From Cyanobacteria bacterium P01_A01_bin.15 (GTDB lineage: Bacteria > Cyanobacteriota > Cyanobacteriia > Phormidesmidales > Phormidesmidaceae), in contig JBCCAQ010000001.1 in NCBI GenBank assembly GCA_039814735.1, positions 5,386 through 69,385 on the forward strand: 64,000 bases of DNA. The letters run 5' to 3'. Shown piece by piece: positions 57,004-64,000 of this stretch; position 1 is the stretch's first letter; each line of letters starts with the position of its first letter. A program made the translations under genes and the position numbers. A model generated the notes under the pieces. The model made no database searches, was not told the origin of the DNA, and worked only from the letters and a program-made list of their open reading frames with translations.

Positions 57004-58404
57004 TCAGGTTTTTTCTAGTTCCGCCTGGTGTCCTCCGTCGGTGTCGCTGTCAAGGGTGATTGTTTTTTGGTTTGATTTTAACGGTGCGGGGACATCTTTT
57101 ATCAAGAGCGTATAAATTTCGGTTGGCATCTCAATGTGGTGCTGCTGCAGCGCCTCTTTGACAGTTTGGGCGACAATGGAAGTTGTTTCTAAAAAACCAG
57201 CTCGCCGGGAGTCAACCCAAAACCGTACCTCCAGGTTGACCGTGCTGGCGGCCAGTTCGCGCACCAGGATTTCAGGAAGCGGGTCGGGTTGAACATTTTC
57301 GAGGGTTGCGATCGCATCGCCAATCACCCGCCGTGTCTGGGCAATGTTGGCGTCATAATCGATCCCCACCATGACCGAGCTGCGCAAATAGCTCGCCGCC
57401 GTATTGTTGGTGATATGGGCCTGAAACACCTCCTGATTTGGTAGATAAATCATGCGGCCATCATAGGTTTTTAGCGTGGTTGAGCGCAGCTGCACCTGGA
57501 TAATGGTTCCTTCATAGCCTTCAATCACCACCTGGTCACCAATGTGAAACGGTCTGGCCGCCAGTAAAATCACCCCAGAAATATAGTTGCTGAGAACATC
57601 TTTGAGGCTAAAACCAATGGCCACGCTGGTCAGCCCTAGCGCCCCTAGCAATGTTGCAAAATCTATACCCCAAACCCCCAGCGCGACCACCGAACCCGCT
57701 ATCCACACACCGCCGTAGCCAAGACGGCCAATGAGAACCTCAGTGCTGTGATCCCCTTCAGTTTGTTGAGCCCATCGAAAGGCGCTGTAACGCACCCCTT
57801 TGGCCAACAGCCAGGTAATCAGGATCACCACAATCACCCCAATGAGTGCTGGAATACTGTTGACAGCATCTTTCCCCAGCTGGCGTAGGGTACCGTCTAA
57901 TCGCTGGATCACATCAACGGCGACCGGCGGTTTTTCAAAACTTTGCTCCAGACGAGCGGCCCAGTCGTCTGTTAAAACCGGCAGCGGCAGACCAAAATCC
58001 TGGGCGTCCTGTTCTGTTACGGTCATTAGCACCCGGTCATTCGCCTGGATGTTGATCAAACGCTGGTCAGGCACCGAGGCTGTCGTTACCGTTACCTCGC
58101 CCTCCGTACTCTCTAGCAAGCTGGCAATTCGTCGGCTGATGATGGCCGCCCGCTCACTGGCAGGCAGATTGTTTAAGCTGCCCACTTGAAAAACAGACTG
58201 TCCCCTCACCATGACATCGGCAAAGTACAAACCGTCTTCGGGGGCCGTTGGCGGGCTAGCTGTATTGTTTATAATGGCTCCCTCGACGGCACTTTCCTCA
58301 GGAACACTTTCCTCAGGGGCAGCCCCTTGACCCAGGGCTGCAGTCGTGGATAAAACCAAAAAAAATGTCGTTGTAAAAACAATCTTTAGCCAGCGTTTGC
58401 CCAT
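57004..58404 (-). CDS. MscS family mechanosensitive channel with an N-terminal periplasmic extension
   Basis: LGALGLTSVAIGFSLKDVLSNYISG, PFHIGD, RSTTLKTYDGRMIYLPN. Confidence 0.93.
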   Translation of the reverse strand: MGKRWLKIVFTTTFFLVLSTTAALGQGAAPEESVPEESAVEGAIINNTASPPTAPEDGLYFADVMVRGQSVFQVGSLNNLPASERAAIISRRIASLLESTEGEVTVTTASVPDQRLINIQANDRVLMTVTEQDAQDFGLPLPVLTDDWAARLEQSFEKPPVAVDVIQRLDGTLRQLGKDAVNSIPALIGVIVVILITWLLAKGVRYSAFRWAQQTEGDHSTEVLIGRLGYGGVWIAGSVVALGVWGIDFATLLGALGLTSVAIGFSLKDVLSNYISGVILLAARPFHIGDQVVIEGYEGTIIQVQLRSTTLKTYDGRMIYLPNQEVFQAHITNNTAASYLRSSVMVGIDYDANIAQTRRVIGDAIATLENVQPDPLPEILVRELAASTVNLEVRFWVDSRRAGFLETTSIVAQTVKEALQQHHIEMPTEIYTLLIKDVPAPLKSNQKTITLDSDTDGGHQAELEKT

Positions 58405-58421
58405 TCCAGCCTATGCCTATA

Positions 58422-58494
58422 TTAGACGTACAGACGTTCCATGGAACGTCTCTCCAGCATTAACATTTGGATCTTATAAAGTCCTTATCCCTAG
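58422..58494 (+). repeat. Composite REP/MITE-like element, copy 5 (core plus right arm)
   Basis: GACGTACAGACGTTCCATGGAACGTCTCTCCAGCATTAACATTTGGATCTTATAAAGTCCTTATCCCTAG; its end coincides with the desaturase stop codon. Confidence 0.8.
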
Positions 58495-59258
58495 GATAGG
58501 CGCTGCTGGCGATTGGTTTCGTAGCGCACATCCTCAGTTCCCAACAGCCGATCCCACAGGGTAAAGTAAAGTCCGTAGTGTCGATCGTATCGTCGATGGT
58601 GAATCAGGTGGTGGGTTGAGCCGATAAACCACCGGCCCCACCAGGAGCTAGTTTGGGAAAAAGGAACCACCTGGAAGCCGAGATGGTTTCCCACGGTCCA
58701 AACCGCCATTGTGACCAGGACGGCCACCAACACCCCCAGGTGAAGCGGCACCACCAAAGTAATACCCAGCAAAAAAGACATTTGTACAGTGGCTTCGGTG
58801 GGCTCTAGGGCAAAAAAAGTCCAGGGTGTGGGGGGGCGTGACTGGTGATGCCCCCGGTGTGCCCAGTTAAACAGCAGCGGCAGATGAAACAGCCGGTGGG
58901 TAAAGTAAAAATAGGTGTCCTGCAGCAGTAGAACTAACCCATAGCTGAAAATGACGTAGCCAATATCTCTCAGGTGCAAATGGGTGTAAACCTTGGTCAA
59001 ACCGGCCCTGTAGCACAGCATAAAACAGGACGCGGCAAATGCAAAAAAGACCACCGAGAGGACAGAGAGCTTAATGTCGTCAACAATGGTCTGATGGTTT
59101 TTGGGCCGGCTGCCGACCTGGTTTGCCAGCGGTTGACCCGATGTAGAATATAGCAGCCAATACATACCAGCGGCGGTCATAAAGTAGCCGCTCATAATAA
59201 TGCCGCAGAAGACAAACCAGTAAAACCAAAAATTGTGTTGAACAGTGATGGCAGCCAT
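58491..59258 (-). CDS. Sterol desaturase / fatty acid hydroxylase superfamily protein
   Basis: His boxes YFTHRLFH, HRGHH, NHLG, HHLIHH; YGLYFTLWDRLLGT. Confidence 0.9.
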   Translation of the reverse strand: MAAITVQHNFWFYWFVFCGIIMSGYFMTAAGMYWLLYSTSGQPLANQVGSRPKNHQTIVDDIKLSVLSVVFFAFAASCFMLCYRAGLTKVYTHLHLRDIGYVIFSYGLVLLLQDTYFYFTHRLFHLPLLFNWAHRGHHQSRPPTPWTFFALEPTEATVQMSFLLGITLVVPLHLGVLVAVLVTMAVWTVGNHLGFQVVPFSQTSSWWGRWFIGSTHHLIHHRRYDRHYGLYFTLWDRLLGTEDVRYETNRQQRLS

Positions 59259-59323
59259 GGTTTCTCCGGTTTTACTGGGGGATATTGATTCTAGGCGACA
59301 CTATTTCTGTCTGTTGGGTCCGT

Positions 59324-60277
59324 TTAGCTAGCGGCTAGATAGGCTCCCACGTCAGTCTGATGGCGGCGCATGCGCTTGAGGGCTTCCCGTTCAATCTGGC
59401 GGACCCGCTGACGGCTGATGCCCATCTGCTTACCTACTTTTGAAAAACTCAGGTGGACGCCGCTGTTAAGACCGTATCGCAGGGTAATCACCTGCTGTTG
59501 TACCTGGGAAAGGTGGGTCATCAGCTGTCTTAGATCTTCTTTTAAGGAGGACTGGGCAGCGTACTCTTGGGGGGTGACGCCATCATCCTCAAGCATGTCG
59601 CCCAGGCTGGTGTCTTGCTTCTCACCTATCCGTAGGTCGAGCGATAGGGGGTCGCGGCTTTGCAACAGCAAATCTCGCACCTTCTCGGCGGGTAGCTCTA
59701 GGGCCTGTGCCAGTTCAGCAATGGTTGCAGGGCGCTTTAGGGACTTGGCTAGCTGGCGCTGCACCTTACGGAGCTTGGTTAGCTTTTCGTTAATGTTGAT
59801 TGGTAGACGGATTGTACGGCTTTTTTCTGCGATCGCACGGGTCATGGCCTGACGAATCCACCAGTAGGCATAGGTTGAAAACCGGTATCCCTTACTGGGG
59901 TCAAACTTTTCCACCCCGCGCTGCAGGCCGATGGCTCCCTCTTGCACCAAATCCATAAATTCCAGCTGGTGCTTTTGATACTTTTTGGCGATGGAAACCA
60001 CCAGCCGCAGATTGGCCTTGATCATTTTTCGTTTGGCCCGCTGCCCGGCTTGGCGGATCTGTCTGAGTTCCTCTATTGAAACGTCAGCGGCATCAGCCCA
60101 CTGCCCTTGACTGGGGGTATGGCCCAGCGACGCTGCCAACGATTCTCGCAGGGTCTCAATCTGAATGCACTTTTGAACAGCCCTACCTAAAATCAGCTCT
60201 TCTTCGCGACTAAGGAGCGGGGTGCGGCCAATTTCCTTGAGATAAGCTCCAATGGAATCCGTAGACGTGTATGCCAT
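59324..60277 (-). CDS. Group 2 (RpoD-like) RNA polymerase sigma factor
   Basis: YLKEIGRTPLL, ANLRLVVSIAKKY, DLVQEG, FSTYAYWWIRQAMTRAI, RVRQIE; no region 1.1. Confidence 0.93.
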   Translation of the reverse strand: MAYTSTDSIGAYLKEIGRTPLLSREEELILGRAVQKCIQIETLRESLAASLGHTPSQGQWADAADVSIEELRQIRQAGQRAKRKMIKANLRLVVSIAKKYQKHQLEFMDLVQEGAIGLQRGVEKFDPSKGYRFSTYAYWWIRQAMTRAIAEKSRTIRLPININEKLTKLRKVQRQLAKSLKRPATIAELAQALELPAEKVRDLLLQSRDPLSLDLRIGEKQDTSLGDMLEDDGVTPQEYAAQSSLKEDLRQLMTHLSQVQQQVITLRYGLNSGVHLSFSKVGKQMGISRQRVRQIEREALKRMRRHQTDVGAYLAAS

Positions 60278-60454
60278 GAGACTAGACTGCTGTAGGGGGC
60301 AAATTATTGTTCAAAAACAGATGCTTAGATGAACTTGGTCTGGCCGATGACAAACGCTTGGCATCTATATGGATCTATATGGAAAGTGAGCCGGGCTCAA
60401 AGCCAAAGCCATTTAACTTGACGTTAGTATTGCAGTATCTAAAGGTGGGTTAAA

Positions 60455-60560
60455 TCTATCTAGGGACTTAGGTTCTAGCGCCAAAAGTGGAAGAAAAAAT
60501 TAAGAACGCTTTGCCCGTTGCGAAATGTGAGCTGATGATCTATTTCTAACCACAGATAGA
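60455..60560. promoter_or_regulatory. Palindromic boxes in a divergent intergenic region
   Basis: TCTATC-TAGG-GACTTA 60455 (sigma side, -10 unclear); TCTAAC-CACA-GATAGA 60545, then 22 bp to TAGGCT (+). Confidence 0.7.
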
Positions 60561-60637
60561 CGACGTTAGCGGCGATCTTGTTTAGGCTTACATCCAAGCT
60601 GATTCAGGCGCATCTGTAACAGAGTTTAAGAGTGTTT

Positions 60638-60898
60638 ATGGTTATTGGAAATTCAACACCCCTCAAGGGCATAGTCCTAGCCGGACGTGCCAAGGCAAAT
60701 GCCGACGCTGGCATTATGATTGCCGCTAGAAAGTGCGGCTACGGTAGTAATACAAATCGGTTTAGCAAAGCGCTGCAGTCGGCCTGTGCCGATACCGGTA
60801 TTGAGACGCAGGCGTTGTCAAACCTGATCGCCGAGCAGCAGAGGCTGGCGGAGCAAAAGGAAACTAATCCCGTTGCCGTGGTGGGTTGGCGACGCTAG
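60638..60898 (+). CDS. Small conserved hypothetical protein (CGYG motif), paralog of 3532-3786
   Basis: LKGIVL...AKANADAG...AARKCGYGSN...F..ALQSACADTGIE...L..L. Confidence 0.75.
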   Translation: MVIGNSTPLKGIVLAGRAKANADAGIMIAARKCGYGSNTNRFSKALQSACADTGIETQALSNLIAEQQRLAEQKETNPVAVVGWRR

Positions 60899-61100
60899 GG
60901 GCGTATATTTCTCCCTGTACGCCCAGAGACTGGGCCAAGGAATATTGCGTTAGCCCAAATCAGCGAGTTCATAATCTTGCCTATGTCGACTACTGTGGGG
61001 GTTCTCAAATGATGTAATCATTAACTCTCACCGTAGAAATTCTGTATAAGCAAATTCAGCTACAAATGCTTAACCTGAATTCATGGCCAGTACTCAAATA

Positions 61101-61116
61101 TCTATCTTAAGGATGA
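61101..61116 (+). promoter_or_regulatory. Palindromic box promoter for the cupin operon
   Basis: TCTATC-TTAA-GGATGA; 23 bp, then TAGAAT. Confidence 0.65.
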
Positions 61117-61209
61117 GACCGAGCTCATTGGCGTCTTCATAGAATAATTAAGAAATTCTTAAAACAAGCGCCGCTTTGGGTGGGCAATTGCCAATGAGGA
61201 AACATTGTC

Positions 61210-61671
61210 ATGACTAATCTCGAGAGCAATGCTCCCATACTCGCCTACTGGCATGTCTGGACCGATGACTATGGCATTAGTCATCAGACCCGCTGCAAGC
61301 TAGCTGATTTTTCCCAAGAGAGCATGGGGGGTGATGCCGCCCCCCAGTGGAACAACCATCTGTTTCAAGGTGAAACGACTGTTATGTTTGCAGAGCTACC
61401 TGTTGGCTGGGTAGGGGAATGGCACGAGAATCCTAAGCCGCAATGGATTATTCCCCTGGCCGGTCAGTGGTTTGTGGAAACCATGGATGGCACCCGAGTT
61501 GAAATGGGACCCGGCGAGGCTTCATTTGGAGCCGATCAGCGCACAAAGCCAGGGGCAAACGGGCACCAGGGTCACCTGTCGGGTACGGTTGGTAAACAGC
61601 CTGCCAAACTGATGCTTGTGCAGCTAGAGGGCGAACGCTGGATTGGCCTCAAGCCGGGGGACTGGACATAA
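61210..61671 (+). CDS. Cupin-fold protein
   Basis: LPVGWVGEWHENPKPQWIIPL.G.W.VE..DG.RVEMGPGE..FG.DQ...GH. Confidence 0.85.
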   Translation: MTNLESNAPILAYWHVWTDDYGISHQTRCKLADFSQESMGGDAAPQWNNHLFQGETTVMFAELPVGWVGEWHENPKPQWIIPLAGQWFVETMDGTRVEMGPGEASFGADQRTKPGANGHQGHLSGTVGKQPAKLMLVQLEGERWIGLKPGDWT

Positions 61672-61672
61672 A

Positions 61673-62617
61673 ATGATCAGTCCCCGAACGGTGAGTACAA
61701 TTACCCTGACGGTTTCAGACGCCGTCCAGGCCACCGCCTTTTACACCCAGGCCCTGGGGGCGATGGTGGTGGACGACCGCACCCTGGCAGCCTTTGGCTA
61801 CGGTCAGCTGGGGGTCACAGCACCGAGTCCGGTGCGGATGGTTACCCTGCGTCTTGGCAATGAGTATATTGAGCTGATTCAACACCTGGGTGTGCAGTCT
61901 GCTCCTATGCCCCCCGACTCTCGCAGCCACGATCTTTGGTTTCAGCACATGGCAATTGTTGTCAGTGATATGGAGCTGGCCCATAGCCATCTCAGCTCTT
62001 TTGACATAGAGCCTATTTCTGAGGCTCCCCAAACAATCCCTGCCGATAACCCGGCTGCAGGGGGCGTGCGGGCCTTTAAGTTTAGGGATATGGACCGCCA
62101 CAGCCTGGAGCTGATTTGGTTTCCAGCGGATAAAATCGCTCCCAAGTGGGAGCATCCTGGAGAACGGCTGTTTTTAGGGATTGACCACAGCGCGATCGCA
62201 GTTTCTAATACCGCCAAAAGCATACGCTTTTACCAGGATATCTTGGGTATGGAGGTGGTAGAGCGCAGTCAAAATTCAGGCACAACCCAGGCGAGGCTGG
62301 ATGGTCTACCGGTGGCTGAGGTCAACATCACCTCCCTACGCCCCCAGAACGGCGGCATGGGCATCGAGCTGTTGGACTATATCCAACCTGAGGGGGGGCG
62401 TTCTCGGCCTCAATCCTGGCAGATAGACGATCTTTCCCACAGGCACCTGATCTTAGAGGTAAATGACATACACGCCAGCCTGGAGATCCTTGACTACCAA
62501 AATGGTGTAATTGTCTCACCCCATGTGGTCAAGTTTCCTGACCATTACCGCTATGGCGAAGGGGTGTTACTCAAAGACCCCGACGATCATGTGTTGCTGT
62601 TGATACCTTCGCCGTAG
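61673..62617 (+). CDS. VOC/glyoxalase superfamily protein (two domains)
   Basis: TVSDA..A..FY...LG, FQHMAIVVSDM, IDHSAIAVSN...S..FY..ILG, KDPDDH. Confidence 0.88.
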   Translation: MISPRTVSTITLTVSDAVQATAFYTQALGAMVVDDRTLAAFGYGQLGVTAPSPVRMVTLRLGNEYIELIQHLGVQSAPMPPDSRSHDLWFQHMAIVVSDMELAHSHLSSFDIEPISEAPQTIPADNPAAGGVRAFKFRDMDRHSLELIWFPADKIAPKWEHPGERLFLGIDHSAIAVSNTAKSIRFYQDILGMEVVERSQNSGTTQARLDGLPVAEVNITSLRPQNGGMGIELLDYIQPEGGRSRPQSWQIDDLSHRHLILEVNDIHASLEILDYQNGVIVSPHVVKFPDHYRYGEGVLLKDPDDHVLLLIPSP

Positions 62618-62644
62618 TGTTTTCTCAAAACCTGTTATCGAGCC

Positions 62645-62685
62645 GTGTCCCCAGCCATGTCCCCAGCCATGTCCCCAGCCATGTC
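62645..62685 (+). repeat. 12-bp tandem repeat over the start codon
   Basis: (G/A)TGTCCCCAGCC x3, followed by ATGTC. Confidence 0.85.
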
Positions 62686-63568
62686 TAAGACGGTTGTGGT
62701 CTATGACCAGCGGATGTCTTTCCTGATTTCAGCGGGTGCCGCTCTCCAAAAGCTGGCCGAGGGCATTGACCATAGCGAAGGACCCGTTTACAGACCCGAG
62801 GACGACAGCGTGATTTGGAGCGATGTGAGCGGTAACCGGTTGTTTCGTTGGAGTCCTCAAGACGGCGTATCTACCGTGCGCTCCCCGTCGGACTATCAAA
62901 ACGGCAACTGTCGAGACCTGGAGGGACGTATTGTTAGCTGCTCCCACGGGCAGCGGGCGATCCTCAGGCTTGAGCACGGCGGCGATTGGCGGGTCCTAGT
63001 CAGTCGCTACCGGGGCAATCGCTTAAATAGCCCCAACGACCTTACCGTTACCCGCGACGGCAGCATCTGGTTTACCGATCCTCCCTTTGGGCTCACCCAG
63101 CCCCGTGAGGGCTACAGCGGTCCCCAGGAACAGCCGGGTAGCTTTGTGTATCGGTTTGACCCAGCCACCGACAGTATTGAAGCTGTTGTAAAAGAAATGG
63201 AGCGCCCCAACGGTATAGCCTTTAGCCCCGATGAAAAGACGCTATACGTGTCGGATTCGTCCCAGGTGAACTATCCCCAGGGGCATCACTATGTCCGCGC
63301 CTACGATATTACCAGCCACGGACAGGCCGCCAACGGTCGAGTGTTTGTCACCATCGAGCCGGGACAGCCCGACGGTCTTAAAACAGATGGGGCGGGCAAT
63401 CTGTTTGTTACTTCCGCCGACAGTGTTCAAGTCTTTGATCCGGTCGGTATTCGGCTTGGCAAGATTTTGGTTCCTGAAATCTGCTCTAATCTAACCTTTG
63501 GCGGCAAAGACGGTAAGCGGTTGTTTATTACCGCTGGTAAATCACTGTATGCGATCGATTTGGCCTAA
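62681..63568 (+). CDS. SMP-30/gluconolactonase family protein
   Basis: SEGPVY, NG...D.EGR, LNSPND, FTDPPFG, PNGIAFSPDE, PDGL..D..GNL; start could also be 62657 or 62669. Confidence 0.92.
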   Translation: MSKTVVVYDQRMSFLISAGAALQKLAEGIDHSEGPVYRPEDDSVIWSDVSGNRLFRWSPQDGVSTVRSPSDYQNGNCRDLEGRIVSCSHGQRAILRLEHGGDWRVLVSRYRGNRLNSPNDLTVTRDGSIWFTDPPFGLTQPREGYSGPQEQPGSFVYRFDPATDSIEAVVKEMERPNGIAFSPDEKTLYVSDSSQVNYPQGHHYVRAYDITSHGQAANGRVFVTIEPGQPDGLKTDGAGNLFVTSADSVQVFDPVGIRLGKILVPEICSNLTFGGKDGKRLFITAGKSLYAIDLA

Positions 63569-63579
63569 CTCATTTATCC

Positions 63580-63708
63580 CTAAGGAAACAAATATTGGAC
63601 GTACAGACGTTCCATGGAACGTCTCTCCAGAAATATTGGACGTACAGACGTTCCATGGAACGTCTTTCCAGCATTAACGTTTGGCTCTGATAAAATCCTT
63701 ATCCCTAA
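63580..63708 (+). repeat. Composite REP/MITE-like element, copy 6 (two tandem cores)
   Basis: AAATATTGGACGTACAGACGTTCCATGGAACGTCT x2, then CAGCATTAACGTTTGGCTCTGATAAAATCCTTATCCCTAA. Confidence 0.8.
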
Positions 63709-63710
63709 CC

Positions 63711-64000
63711 ATGACCCACAGCAACGAGCGCTACGACGTTATTATCATCGGCACCGGGGCTGGCGGCGGCACCGTAGCCCATGAGCTGGCCAATACGGGC
63801 AAACGCATTCTTGTGTTAGAGCGCGGCGAGTTTTTACCAAGGGAAAAAGAAAACTGGGATCCCGAGAGCGTTTATCAGGACCAGCGCTACTACACCGATG
63901 AGGAGTGGTGCGATCGCAACGGTGAAACCCTAAATCCCCAAACCTGTTACTGGGTAGGGGGCAATACCAAGGTCTACGGCGCGGCGCTGCTGCCGCTACG
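63711..64000 (+). CDS. GMC family oxidoreductase, 3'-truncated by the window edge
   Basis: Translated by hand: MTHSNERYDVIIIGTGAGGGTVAHELA..GKRILVLERG...VGGNTKVYGAAL. Confidence 0.88.
   Translation, partial: MTHSNERYDVIIIGTGAGGGTVAHELANTGKRILVLERGEFLPREKENWDPESVYQDQRYYTDEEWCDRNGETLNPQTCYWVGGNTKVYGAALLPL

Noticed and set aside
2079-61116. Box as an NtcA, CRP, FNR or LexA site, or as a sigma -35 element
   Set aside because: The arms TCTATC/GATAGA do not match GTA-N8-TAC, TGTGA-N6-TCACA, TTGAT-N4-ATCAA or cyanobacterial LexA RGTAC-N3-DGTWCB, and 22 bp is too long for a -35/-10 spacer.
716-63494. Many overlapping or antisense ORFs in the track (e.g. 716-1303, 5575-6018, 12027-12290, 27903-28463, 30722-31138, 37536-37967, 57800-58189, 59418-59852)
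   Set aside because: They are shadows of well-supported genes or translations of repeats, with no recognisable motifs.
1-64000. Frequent GCGATCGC octamer
   Set aside because: This is the well-known cyanobacterial HIP1; useful for taxonomy, not novel.
1-64000. tRNA, rRNA, riboswitch or transposase genes
   Set aside because: No such signature recognised by eye; an Infernal/Rfam scan would be needed to exclude small structured RNAs.

Overview
Cyanobacterial chromosomal window (about 35 HIP1 GCGATCGC octamers by eye; Hlip, helical carotenoid protein, Psb35-like and phytochrome genes; Leptolyngbya/Nodosilinea-like character is inference). Almost the whole 64 kb is one dense cluster of general-stress/dehydration genes: two AvaK-like PRC-barrel+DUF2382 proteins, two CsbD-like proteins, Dps, a ChaB fusion, Pmp3, DUF1328, TspO, glutathione reductase, DJ-1/PfpI, SDRs, GlgC, alpha-amylase, K+/Na+/Mg2+ transporters, MscS, DNA topoisomerase IB, a group 2 sigma factor and many small acidic orphans. 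It also holds a bacteriophytochrome / Rcp-type regulator / DXCF-cyanobacteriochrome kinase operon and three DUF2294 genes beside single-domain response regulators. The strongest signal the ORFs do not explain is regulatory. A 16-bp imperfect palindrome, consensus TCTATC-N4-GATAGA, lies upstream of about 35 transcription units on both strands. In 31 cases I counted by hand it ends exactly 22 bp before a -10-like hexamer (25 TAnnnT, 6 nAnnnT), and in 5 more the gap is 23 bp. This suggests a large activator-dependent regulon whose regulator is not obviously encoded here. Three genes are interrupted (SDR by TGA, phytochrome by TAG, AraC by a -1 frameshift), and a composite REP/MITE-like repeat occurs six times. 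All family calls come from recognising motifs, not from database searches.
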